Assembly (NCBI RefSeq): GCF_040938485.1
Contig: NW_027271086.1
Coordinates: 868,001-932,000 of the forward strand
DNA: 64,000 bases
Direction of reading: 5' to 3'
DNA from: Diadema antillarum
Lineage: Eukaryota
Translations under genes and position numbers: made by a program
Part shown: positions 49,601-62,136 of the stretch, one piece after another
Numbering within the stretch: the first letter of the stretch is position 1
Layout: every line of letters begins with the position of its first letter
The notes under the pieces: generated by a model
Database searches by the model: none
Seen by the model: only the letters and a program-made list of their open reading frames with translations
Told to the model about the DNA's origin: nothing

Positions 49601-51511
49601 TTTCGCAAGGTCAGTATATTATTGTTGCGTATTCATTTACAGTGGCAATAGAATTATACTTGGTTCTTCTTTTCAGTAGAAATAGTCTACCTAATTACCC
49701 ATGATTATTTGCATCCTCTTTTTTGTATACCTCTTGTCAAATTTGATCACAACAATGACTGACCATTTTTTTTAACGTCAAATTTACAGAATGTTGCTCA
49801 ATGGTAATTCTATAGCAATATTATACAATAATCTTTGCTCAGGCCACGTGGTCTTAACGCCTTTATTGTCAAGGCCAGATGATATCATGTATACCAAAAG
49901 GCTTCCAGAAAGCAGAGGTAAAGAAATATTTCCCTTATAATTTTTGTTATTTTTAATGTAATACCCGATTGTAACATGTTAAACTTTGGTGGTCTTCTTC
50001 GCCAGCTATAACGGCTCTTTGATTTCACTAAAACTTGATAAAAAATACTTTGAACATTTTGCAAGATTTTTCCTCAAACTTCATCAATGTGTTCTTATTT
50101 TGATGCCTTCACGGAATCCACTTACATGTCTTTTAGGGGATTTTTTTTTTCTTGGAAGAGGACTCATTAGCACCCTATGACCTCATTTTCGTAGAGAAGT
50201 ACCACAGCAGGCGAGAGAGCTAATCACCATGTTGAAAGATGACAGTTCGGTAAACCTCAAGAAAGACTGGAAATTCATCACGATCTTCATCGGAACCAAC
50301 GATCTTTGTCGTGGTTGCACATTGCCGTACGAAAATTCAGCGGAGAAATACGTCCAGGACGTGGAGAGCGTCATCCAGATGTTTCATGATGAGGTAGTAT
50401 AATGTTGACAATAAAGAGGTCTTAAAATAGTCTGAGTGCCAAACTACGATTTTTAGTCTATCTTGTTTTACCTCAGACCAGTGTCTTTTCTTTGGTTTTG
50501 CCTCATTTCGAAGGTGCCCCTGAATCTGAACGTGTGAGGTGTGCATTGGATCTAGAAAATCAAGTATAGGCTACTGAATTTAGGAGAGGTGCAATTTTAA
50601 ACCTTGCTTCTATGAGTTTTTCGTAGGAGTGTAAGGATGGGGCGTGAATCTTTTATTCTTACACGTTTCCCCATGCCTGCCTTCCATTAAATGCTAATGA
50701 ATGAATACGGGAAGAGAGCATCGACACTAATAAAGCAGTGTTATTCTTACGCAATCCGTAGAGCAAGTAACCCTGCTGCACTATCTATTGTCCACTCCAT
50801 TCTTTTGATCTTCAATCCTCCGACGGTGGTGCGAGCTGGAAGAAAGCTTGGTGTCCAATGTTCCTTTTCAACAACGGATAAGGCCTACCAACAAAGTGTA
50901 TTGGAACTGCTATCACAATCTGTTGTATACAGAATCAGTGGAACTCTGGGATTAGGGCTTCTATAGGGAATTAATTCATTACTATGTAGCTATATCGTTG
51001 GCAGATGGCCCGGACAATAAAGGGTTTGGTCTTCACGCGCAAGTCTTTTTCACTTCAAGCTACGTTGTTGTGCTATTGGACAGTCTCGTCTCTAGATTTT
51101 AGAGAAAGCGGCTAGCAAGAAAAGACTATAGTTTACTCGAGCACACTGTCCTCTTTACATTTTAGAGAAAGGGGTTGGCAAGAAAAGACTAGGTTACTAG
51201 GGAATCATTCATACACAACACTTAGGAGTCAATAAAAGCGATGCAACCCCCGGATGGTCGGGCGGATTTTTTTTATTCCCTGATAGCCGTAATGACAGGC
51301 GCCGCACAAGCTCCCCACCAATGCCCCCACGCAATCGCGGACACTCTTTTTGTTTTTCATTGATATTTCATTTTATTGATTCCATTCAAATCATTCTTGA
51401 ATCTACCCATTCCGGGTGTAACATGAACAAGAACATTACGAATACAATTCAAAATACATACAAATCCATTTTTTCAATAATACTGCAAAAATCTCTTTTC
51501 AATCTCTCTCT

Positions 51512-51549
<38 letters not shown>

Positions 51550-52601
51550 TGTTGTAAGCTCAATGTTTTTTGAAAGAGCTGTCCTACAGCAAGATCAATA
51601 TCAGTATAGAGCGTGGATTTCAGCAGAATAATAATCATATTATGATAGTCTGAGAGTCATAGTCAAAGTTTAGGCCCAACCTCATTTTGTTTGTTTGTAT
51701 TTTGTTTAAATGTTGTTGTCCTTTCACGAAGGCGCTGAATTCGAATCTGGATGGCGATCGTCTTGAGTCCATTAGCTTTAAATGTTGTATGACTGTGATT
51801 TATTATGAATCTTGAAAAACACACTTATTCATTATAAGAAATTGCTGTATATTCTGAAACTCTGTACCTGATTATAACCAATTTAAGGGAGTTGAAATGC
51901 AAAAGTGTAAAACTCATCCGGTTGTGATCTCCTTAAACTCTTCTGACCCATTTCCCGTTTCAACGCAGGTTCCGCGCGTATTTCTCAACGTGCTCAGCGT
52001 GCCTCTTGTCAGCAAAACCTCGGAACTCAGAGGTCCCTACACGTGTGACGTCATGACAGGGTTAGTCTCGTCAAGGGTTAAAACACCTATCAAAATATCG
52101 CATACTGGAGTCACCACCATTAAGACTTACATCGACCAATAGATTTTTTGTAAGACAAAGTCAATTGATGCATGATATCCCAGATTGTACGCGCAATAGA
52201 ATACTATCATCAACAAAGGACATGGTAGTCAAATTATTTGGGTTTGAATTTAAGTTAAATGCTGGAGAAATAAAATGGAAGCTAGAAAATTATGTGTAAA
52301 TAAACTACATTACGATGTTGATAGCACAAGCATTAATCCTTGGATGTAACCATCTAAATTGAGGCTAGCACAGACATTATTTTTTGTGAGTGTGCATGCT
52401 CAACTAATTTAAGGAGTCAGAAAGACAAGGAGGAGGAGAAGAACAAGAAGAAGAAGACAGCATAATATGATAAAGCATAAACCAAGCAATAAATGGTCAT
52501 GACTGTTGCGTTGTGTGTATAATTGATTTGTGTATTTGAGTGCCTCAAACGTTTTTGAAATAATTTACTTGTATCGTTTTGGCTCCGTTATCACTTCTGC
52601 T

Positions 52602-52647
<46 letters not shown>

Positions 52648-53483
52648 TTCTATCTCTCGTGTGTGCCAGTAGATTTTATTGTGGTTGCAACTTTGATCGT
52701 CCGTCAGCAGAAAAATTAGTGTACCACAAAACCAACCGATTTCAGGTAACTCTCCCTTCCCAAGTTTCAACATCATTGAATATTTTATGCACGTCCAGAG
52801 TAATGACCCACTGGTTAGTTTGTGTTTCTTTCTTTTTTCAACAGTAATAAAATTATTAATGATAACAGGACTAGTATTGAAAACATCGTTTGATTTGATT
52901 TGATTTGTTTTGCGTTGATTTGATTTCTGCATTCTTAACAATAAATGTGGCATCGTAACAACAAAAGGATGTTCCAAAATATCATACACTAAACAATGCT
53001 AAAAATCACGTATAGTGCTTAACCTACGAGACAATACGCTAATCATACAATTGAAAAATCATAACTTATCAAATCAAATTTCTACAAAAAGAATACAGGA
53101 GACCACGGAAGCTTCCGTTATTAAAAAGGAAGCTTGATTTTGTTGGCGGCCTCTGAAAAGAGGTACAGGCATGTTTGATTTCATACAACTAAGAATGGGT
53201 AATAGGCTAAAGGAATTTTAATAACAAGTCAGAATTTGAACCATAAAACTCTCTTTTTTCTCTCTCATTGCTATTAAATATAGAAATTGCTTCGGACGAC
53301 AATTCAGAGTGGTAAATACGATGACAAAGATGATTTCACGGCAGTTTACCAACCATTTTTCGAAAACTCTACCCCACCTCTATTACCGGTGAGTACGAAA
53401 TGCACATTTATAAGTACAAGCGGATGGAGAAACTCGCCATTAGGCCTTCAGTGGACACGTGCCTACAATGTGACTATTATATA

Positions 53484-53534
<51 letters not shown>

Positions 53535-56063
53535 CTACGAAACTATAGTGATTTCAAATAACTGACCATGATAAAGGCTTCATTCTTACGAAATATGATG
53601 CTTTTTGTGTGACGACTGTTCTTCTAGTTAAATGGACTCTTCAATCACAAATAGCTGGAGCAGGATTCCGTACGTGTTTTCGTCCTTCATTGAATATTTT
53701 TTCGGCTTTTTTTCCATATCATTTACGGTCTCCTTGGCAACGCCGTGGAATTCAGGACGGAAGAGTAGACAGATCTTATTTTGCGCCTGACTGTTTTCAC
53801 TTCAGCCAGAAGGGCCAATCAGCCCAAGCCACTGCCAACTGGAACTCCCTGGTAATTATGCAGATATTTTTTCTCTCTCTCGTTTGCGCACTCTCTTTAT
53901 AAAAATGATTCCATCCCATGTCGAAAGCATACATAAACAGATATTCTAATCAATAACGCTTCATAGAAATATACTTTTTCTGGCGAACAGTTGCACTTTG
54001 CTTAATATCGATGTAGCTCGAACTCTTCAAGCAATAATTGAAGTGAATAGATATCTAACTGTTTCGTTTTTTTATCCTTGTATCTAAGTGAGGAATATAT
54101 TCGAGGAGCCTATTAGGCCAAGACTCAAGGCTTTTGTTGATAGAATGATATTGACTGTTACACTGCCCTACTTTGGCAAAAGGAAGCAATTTGAGTTATT
54201 GATGTTTTCATAATTCACATAATGAGCTCTTCTTCCAGGCCAAATTTCATGCAGAAACACTCATCCTACTAAGAGATATGTTAGATAAGACATCATGATA
54301 GTCCATTGACGTCAGTGTAAAATTAATGACAGACACATTTTGATCTTTTTCGAGAAATGTCATTTTTGTCACTTGCTTCCTTTTGCCAAAATAGGGCAGT
54401 ACAGCTAATAATGATTATGCATAAGAAAAGAAGAGAGGGAATCTTGTAATAGAAATCAAATGACGGAAGTGGTGAAGGAATATCGAACAATGCGTATTCG
54501 CCTTGGAGTAATAAGATTGCAGAAAAGAACGATACTAGCAGCCACGACTTATTAGAATCAGGCCCTGGGCCCTGTTTCATAAAGCTGTTCGTAAAGTTAC
54601 GAACAACTTACGAGCGATTGGTGATCAGATGCGATGTGCTATACTTACTAGAATTTCAATAATTCACCACAAGAACTGATCACCAGTCGCTCGTATTAAG
54701 TTGTTCGTAACTTTACGAACAGCTTTATGAAACAGGGCCCTGGGCTCTTATCATTTGGCTACTATATTTTGTTTGAAATGTAANNNNNNNNNNNNNNNNN
54801 NNNNNNNNNNNNNNNNNNNNNNNNNNNNNNNNNNNNNNNNNNNNNNNNNNNNNNNNNNNNNNNNNNNNNNNNNNNNNNNNNNNNNNNNNNNNNNNNNNNN
54901 NNNNNNNNNNNNNNNNNNNNNNNNNNNNNNNNNNNTAATTGCTACGGCATGTGTAAACGCAGCTGTCATATAATAGTTATGAATGAGTTTTACTATTGAT
55001 CGCAATCTTGAATCTTGAAGCCGCGATCAAACGAATGTTGTCATCAGTGTCCATAGTACCTAATACACTCCTTAACCTCTTTTCAGTTTCAGCCTGTTGG
55101 CTCCAAATCCCGGACCTACTATCCCGCAGAAGCGCTGGAGTGCCCATCAACAGTAAGACATTCTTTACTGACTCTGGTTGACTTTCATTCTTTAAAAAAA
55201 AAAAGAATCCCAGAACATACATGACTGCAATACATGTGTAACTTTTGTTAAATATAATACTGCATTTTATCAATGTATCAATGTTATGTATTTGCATTAT
55301 TATTTTTTGCGTGTTCTCAATGCCTAACGAACGTCATTTACGCCCTTTGGGAAAGTGCATTTCATCTCTATACCTTAGAACGCATCATGATGAATCATTT
55401 TGAGGTGCAATTGTTGTACGCATAATTTAATGTAAATGAACGTCGGGATCAACTTGGGCTTTGATGTGACTCAAATGAAAAAAAAAATGTTTGAATACAA
55501 ATTGGCAGCAAAGAATCCAAAAAGTCTTGTCACGTAGTCGTTTGGGCGAGTTTGTTTGAGTCGTTTCAGTTTATCACAGGCTGACAAGGTGGACTGGGAC
55601 TGGGAACGGTAATGCACGATATAAAAATAGCAATATAGATTTCTGGAGTCAATTGAGTCGGTTTTACGTCGCGTTTTCATTCGATCAATTGTTCCTTCCA
55701 GTTTGACTTTGTATGCATGTTCAGTTATTCATTCATTCATGTACTATTTCGTGTTCTATGTATTTTTATGCATCGTCTTTTATGTAAAAATCCCGCCTTG
55801 AATTCCCTGTAAGTTTTTTTTTTATTATTGGACGATTAAATTGAATTGAATTAAATTGAATTGAATTGAATTGAATTGAATTGAATTGAATTGAATTGAA
55901 TTTCTTATAACTCTACCATAATGAAACGTCATTTAAAGGAATTTTGACATATCTATCTTTACAGGACTTTCCCTACCTGTACACCAACCTCAACAGCAGA
56001 TCAGGATTCCTGCAACAGTTATTCAATCGTTCTTCTTCATCGAGGAAGTGGGAGTCGAATTGA
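40510..56063 (+). CDS. PLB1: Phospholipase B1-like GDSL/SGNH lipase, single catalytic domain, signal peptide, 14 exons, 420 aa
   Basis: Exons 40510-40591, 44955-45061, 46134-46188, 47005-47063, 47275-47342, 47976-48019, 49495-49609, 50195-50393, 51969-52060, 52670-52745, 53284-53388, 53756-53851, 55087-55152 and 55965-56063. All are AG/GT bounded with compatible phases (1263 bp total). Motifs [42 protein letters not shown] and [11 protein letters not shown] are typical of PLB1 repeats. The symbol means PLB1-like, not proven orthology. Confidence 0.9.
40979..41423. repeat. Tandem duplication, period 228 bp (217 bp unit plus 11 bp junction insert)
   Basis: 40979-41195 is repeated at 41207-41423 with two mismatches seen. 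Confidence 0.92.
41860..42248. mobile_element. Foldback-type non-autonomous element with CCATTTCGTCTAAT-like subrepeats
   Basis: Degenerate ~20 bp repeats in the left half (ccatttcgtctaat) and their reverse complement in the right half (attagaccaaatgg). Ends approximate. Confidence 0.6.
42732..43095 (+). mobile_element. tRNA-derived SINE with Deu/Nin-type central domain
   Basis: A box TGGCTCAGTCGG (42741-42752) and B box GGTTCGAACCC (42784-42794). Core cggataggacataaaatggaggtcccgt...gtaaaagatccc...aagagcagggtgt...cccggtg resembles the DeuSINE/AmnSINE core as recalled. (AAC)-rich tail. Confidence 0.8.
45110..45532. mobile_element. Foldback-type element with TTATTCCGAAGGTTCGT subrepeats
   Basis: Forward subrepeats at 45120-45265 and inverted ones (acgaaccttcggaataa) at 45320-45525. 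Confidence 0.65.
47539..47704. other. Assembly gap (N run), intronic
   Basis: Run of n. Confidence 0.98.
54568..54739. mobile_element. 172 bp PIF/Harbinger-like MITE, apparently young
   Basis: Perfect ~41 bp TIRs (ggccctgtttcataaagctgttcgtaaagttacgaacaact). CTG TSD at 54565-54567 and 54740-54742. Confidence 0.88.
54784..54935. other. Assembly gap (N run), intronic
   Basis: Run of n. Confidence 0.98.
55838..55901 (+). repeat. (ATTGA)n array, probable LINE 3' tail
   Basis: Same pentamer as the tail of the 26710-27192 insertion, preceded by T-rich UTR-like sequence. Confidence 0.7.
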
Positions 56064-59000
56064 TAAGGGACCCCATGGTGTCTCTAGGTCTCGGGATGTT
56101 GATCTTTGTTTTGCGTTCGTTTGTTAAGCAAGTTCAAACCTTATGCACGTCGAAGCAGATATTCAAAAAGTATTTTCAATGTGATTTATTCGAAAATGAG
56201 ATAAGATGTAACTCCGTAACCAAGGTGTATTTAACTTTTAACTTTTTAATCAGTTTCAGCAAACGTATCTAGGGGCGTCTGTGTTATGGTCTTCAAAGAA
56301 TATTTCAAATGATAATGAATTCGTTATCATTATGTATGAAGGGGAATTCAGATACCCTCTATACTATACCGACAGAAAGCATTGGTAATTGAAACAGTGG
56401 ATACTGTTTAAAATAAAAGGCACATAGGTACTGACACATTGGTTTTCCCTTTCTTTTAGTAGTTTTACGTATTGCAAATATTACACTTTTTCACAAGCCA
56501 TGTTTGTCACGTCAGACGTGTTCCACTTGCCCGTGGTGAAAAGCAACCAACGTATTCATTTGCACAATGAATAAAAAGAATGTAGAAAAGTTGGAGGCCA
56601 TCGTTAAAATACCCTCGCGTTCTTCAGTTCAGTGATCAGCAGTGCTGTAATTATCTCGACTCATGTAATTATTTTCTACGATGACGTGTCACGTGTGGCC
56701 ATCATGTGATCATTTAGAGCTTGCGCAGATCAGTATGGCTGCAATGTTGTTGGAGCGACGGTTGAGGTGTTGGGAGTAGTGTTTCACATTCGCATTCAAT
56801 AACCAACTGTGTAAAAGCCCTTAGCTTAGGGCAAAAACACTTATTTCATCGCGATTATCTCATCATTTGAGTCACGGGGCGGATCTGACAGCTAGAAATA
56901 ATCTGCCAACTCTGCAGATATGTTTCTTTCTTTGTTTCTTTCTTTGTTTGTTGGTGAACTAAAATAGCGATTTTTACGTGCAACTAACTCGACTACAACA
57001 TTGTGTGTGCGTGTTTGAGGAGGATGCTCTTACTTTAAAAACAAATAAACAAAAGACCTTCGTACTATAGATTCAAACAGTTTTCCCGAAGAATTAAAGG
57101 GAAGGAACAGGCAGTTGTTGCCGGTAAAACAAGCCTTGATGGGTATGTATCTCTTGAAATAAGTTTATTAGTTTAATTCAGTGTTGGAGGATGTCGATGT
57201 TGACTCAAAGCTAGACCCCAAGCATCAAGCAAAAATGTTATCTGATAGATTCAAGATGGTTTTATAACAATAATTTATGCGTTTCTACATACCTCAATCG
57301 CCCGTTTGTAAGTGATTTCGTGAAGATTGAGTATTGTGTTATAGAGGCGGCCTGAGCGAGGTCCACAGACATTAAGATACCTATACGAAATGAATTGAAG
57401 GCGGCTTTCTGTTCCCCAGTCACGACACTATGGCGGAAGGACGGAGAATTTTGACAATTGCCTAAAAATGGCATTTCAATGAATAATTATGAACTGTTAC
57501 TAGTCTCGTGAAACATAGCTTATTTAGTATTATTATTGAGTGTAGAAGAAGCTTCATGTATAATCTGCCTATAATTTGGATCAAACTCCTGTAACTAAAA
57601 GGGCTCTCTATCCGTAAACATAAGCTTGGAGAATAAAGGAAATAAATGAGAAATAACATGTGTCGATGTTGCTATCATTTTGTTCACGGTAGCCACGCGC
57701 TTGGTGCTGTCAGCTTGAACTATCCCTTGTACTCTTATAATGAGTACCGGCCCGTCTTCAGTTCCATGAGCATAGCAACCACTAAACTGCACTTATATGA
57801 CGCAGAGAACTGTGTCTTCGTCTAAACACTGTATAACCCTCTGAGTATTATAGACCGGCTACACACTGCAAAAAGATAGACAATACAAGGATTTTAACCC
57901 AGTGTGTAATCGCACTGACTCTTCTTTTCTTTAATTGCAGTTTATATGATTGAAAACATGGCCCAAGGTTGTACTTTTGCCGATTTTTATTTTACTAATC
58001 TAGTGACGACATCCTATTTCCTCCAGCAATGATACCAGATAAAGCAAACGGACAAACCATGCACCGAAACAGGTACTGTTATACAAATAACCTTTCTTGG
58101 CATGAATACAGGTAAAGTGTAACTCGTGGATACCCGATGGAAAGCTTAGGAAATGCTACCAATAGATTTCTTGATATATCGTGCTAATGCATCAGTCAGT
58201 ACTTTCCTTATTTTTTTTTTCGTTTCAAGACATACATAAGAATTAGAGCAGTCAACTCATGACACTTGCAAACTAGCAAGACACCACTTCATAATCTTTT
58301 TAACCGACAGGCTGAAGTATAACCGAAACTGTCGTTCAACATGCAGGAACTCGGTGTAACGTGTGCAAAAGTCAAAATAAGAAAAATAATCAATGAAGTT
58401 ACTGAGAGATGTTTTAAAACGCAGATTTATTTCAAATCGCCATACACCAAAAGGTAGGCATACTCTGTGTTTACAACTAAATTAATTATCATTGCGCTCT
58501 TTTTATTTCTCTCTGCCCAGTACAAATAATAATAGGGACACATAACGTGCACTTCACGAAATATTTCACGATCAAAGCTATCGAGACTCCCAATGACTTT
58601 TGTGTTTGAATTTCTTTAAATTCATATAACCTGTATGTGAGTATGGATGTGTGTGTATGTATGCGTGTGTGCGTGCGTGTGTGTGTGTGTGTGTGCGTGT
58701 GCGTGCGTGCGTGTGTGAGCGCGTGTATTGTTCAAGGTACGTGATGAGTTCCATCGTCCTTACCTTTTCTAATCGGGCATTGCATGAAAAAAAAAGCACT
58801 CACACACACACACACACACACACAAATAGATTTTTTTAACCTTGAGATGAATAGACACAATAGCAAGCAATTTCCATTTGATATTTTGACACGTTTGAGG
58901 ACTAAAAAAACTTGACCTACTGCAACAACAACAAAGAGAAAATCATTATGTAGTGCTTTGAAGCTTCGCTGACCACTGACCTGGGAATCGTTGGGTCAGT

Positions 59001-60208
59001 ACCAACGGTCAGACAGAACATTGTTCCGATGCGTGACGAATCTTTTTATACTGCGAAAATTCATATCGGGAAAGATTAGAATCTATGCAAGATAGTCTTG
59101 TGGTCTGCCAACTATTATTGTCTCCGAAGGGTCCACCAAAGTACAGAGCAGTTCAATAAACTCCCCATTAAACTTCTAATTCCTGTTTGATTCACTTATC
59201 CGCTCTCGACTTTCTTTTTATTCACAAACACAAATAATCTGGACTTAAGCCAAACACGCTTGCTTTTATGTAGGCCCCATCATATTTCATTTTGTACAAC
59301 CCCCGATGTCGACCAGTTATCATCAAAATTATTGTGGATACATTATGTATATTCTTTTGTTTGTTTACTTTTGACAAAGTACAAGAATTTGTGCTATCAT
59401 TTTCAATGTAATCTTATATGAAAAGTATGAAATCAACTGAACTGAAATGAAATTAGATTGATACCTTATATCCTGTAATCTAATTCTCTTCCAAGTTAAA
59501 ACAATAAAAGAAGAAAGGTCTACAACTAGTGCATAGTTCGTGAATTTTACTGTCTTTGAAATGGAGTAATGATGCATGGTTTCCAAAAAGGATGACCTTG
59601 AATCATTATCATTATGCCAATGGGTTAAAAGTGTTTTAGGCCCCCATGAATTCCATTCGGGTCACAGTAAGAAAAATAACATGTATTACGAACTTTGTTG
59701 CAGATGCAAGTCTAAGGTAATGAAACACATCAAGATCATCTCACATGACATAGACTTTTGTTTCGTAGAAAATCTCTTGAAATTCAGACTAAAGAAAATT
59801 CTTGATAATCATTCAAACACAAATAACTCTTATGTAGGTACTACGATTGATTCACGTCTGGGATATTGCTGTTTTTGCTGTTGCTGGTTTTTGTTGATAA
59901 TTTTGGTGCCGGTGAGTTTTCATCTCTTCTCGACCCGAATTATTCTCAATTGAGTTAACATTATCGCCAGAGTGTCAGTTTTTATTATGTACTTTCATTA
60001 TTATCAATAATGATATAATGCATATCTTGCAGTTCTCAAGACGTCCTGACACTGGCTTACATGATGACACATGAAAAGGTTGACTAGTATAGATAGCATC
60101 AACAATCATTAAACTATCTGGATTTCAGTCTAAAAGCAATATGCTCTTCCTTGCAATACACCATGGACGCCAACTTTGTATACTGCAGTATTCTGGGGGC
60201 TTAAAAAG

Positions 60209-60364
60209 CAGGGGCGGATCCAGGAATTCTGTAAAGGGGGGCGCAACTAATATTTCTGGTGCCACTTCCGGGTTTCATTTCATTTTGTTCTTTTTATTTC
60301 TTTTGCTTTTAACGAAAAATAAAGGGGGCGTGCGCCTCCTGCACCCCCTCTGGATCCGCCACTG
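60209..60364. mobile_element. 156 bp MITE with CAG(G/T)GGCGGATCCAG termini (hAT-like termini)
   Basis: caggggcggatccag...ctggatccgccactg. The flanks share AAAAG, but no 8-bp TSD is visible, so the superfamily is uncertain. Confidence 0.7.
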
Positions 60365-60457
60365 AAAAGGCTAATCTTTTTGTTGGAAAAACAGTATATT
60401 TACCTTTTCTACAATAGGTGTGTGCATGTGTGTAGAAATACAAATTTGGAAAAACGA

Positions 60458-60708
60458 TATGAAGTGTTTGTTCGCAAAAACCGGTAAGTCCATTTTTGAA
60501 GATTTTGAAGTACGGTTTCTGTCATAAAGTACAAAATAATACCTTTTAAATTATATATTGGTCACTACATATAAAGGTACATTTTTGAAGTTATGGTCAA
60601 AAGAAGCAAAAAAAAATATTATTCTCTTTATTTTTCTTGAACTTTAATCGCAAATATCTCCATTTGGCAAATATGGACTTATCGGTTTTTGCAAACAAAC
60701 TCTTCATA
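60458..60708. mobile_element. Second, inverted copy of the 19206-19458 MITE
   Basis: Reverse-complement match over the whole ~250 bp. Confidence 0.8.
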
Positions 60709-61929
60709 TTTTCCATGAAACCTGCAGTATTTTAAGCAATAGACAGTACAAAATACCTCAAAGAAGTAACAGGTAGCATCTATTTAAAATGCATGTAGAA
60801 AGTGTACGATTGTAATGCTTCAGCAGCAGCACTGCTGTAGGCTGGAGGTGTAGGAAAAGACTGCTAGCACTGAGTATTCTGCACTTGTATCCGGACTTGT
60901 GTAGGCCTAAGGAAGTATGTATGCAGTAGTAGTGTGCGTCGTCGTCACCCAGTCGGTTGGCACAGGACAAAGAGATTATAATCTCTTTGGCACAGGACTG
61001 GTCGCGTGACGAGGCGTTCTTGCCAAAGATACCCCGAAATGCGCAGCAACGTTGTTGTGGGTGTAATTATCGGGAGAGGGCGCTAGCGCGCAAAGTTCAG
61101 GCAAAGCTTGTCACTAAATTCAAACTGGATCGTCGTGCAAGATTATTCCCCCAAAGACCGCCTCATGCTACTGCTGTGATTGCACAGTAGTGGTTAATGT
61201 GAGTTCATCTACTCTTTGTCTGAATATCTGTTTTCGTTTCAATTTTGCATGCATAACTGGTCGGATGAAGTTTAGAGATCCTGTTATTGGTGAGGCTGGA
61301 ACGTAAATGTCATGAACAAACTGTACTATATGTAGTCCCACTCGTTAGAATATATGTCATTCAGTAACCCTACCAGACGCCCCTGTTGCCAGACAGCGCA
61401 GCACGCAGCTCAGCGACCGACAGGGCTGTGCAATAGTTAGCCATTAATTAAGTACCGCGGTAGCTAATTTATTAGCTCTTTTTTTCTACTTTTACCTCTT
61501 TCAGAACGGCTAACCCAAAAGAAATTCATTTCGCAGTGCTCAGTCTATTTGGCTCTAATATTGTCCGTAGTCCACTTAGACTTTAGTTCACAGTAGATTC
61601 TACCCAGTTTAGTTGACCGAAAGATCGGTCTGTATCTGTCCGTCGGGGAATGTTCCGTGGAGACTGCGTCTGGCTTCACGGATCCCCTCCGTATACAGAC
61701 CGAAGTCAATGATTGCGGCTCCTGTGTGGAGCAGTCTCGCACAGATCAAACGTTACGATTAACCAAATTTCAGACAGCTTTTTTACATTCAAACAAGTTT
61801 GACATGACATGACACATTATGCAGCAATATTTGGGATAAATTTCTAAATTGTGCAATCGAAATACTCACATAAACTCGGTTATAACGCAGACATTTTATC
61901 GATATCGCAACATCGCCGTTCGCAAGCTG

Positions 61930-62136
61930 TAAGTCGCCATTTTGAATCTGTAAGCCAATCACATGCGAGGTACGTGTTTTAGTAAAACAAACACTTAGAA
62001 ACTACCTCGCATGTGATTGGCTAATACTATAGATTCATAGTGTATGTTTCTGCAGTTTGAACGTGACGACGCGACAGGCTGTGTTTTACGTTGAAAATTC
62101 TACTAAAATTTTGGATTATTCATTAATCTGGTGAGT
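61930..62136 (+). promoter_or_regulatory. Promoter-like segment with a possible first-exon donor
   Basis: CGCCATTTT (YY1-like), paired CCAAT/ATTGG, then strong donor CTG|GTGAGT at 62131. No transcript evidence. Confidence 0.3.

Noticed and set aside
60758-61190. Two short ORFs in a CpG-richer island
   Set aside because: No family similarity that I recognise; more likely UTR/promoter or repeat-derived sequence.
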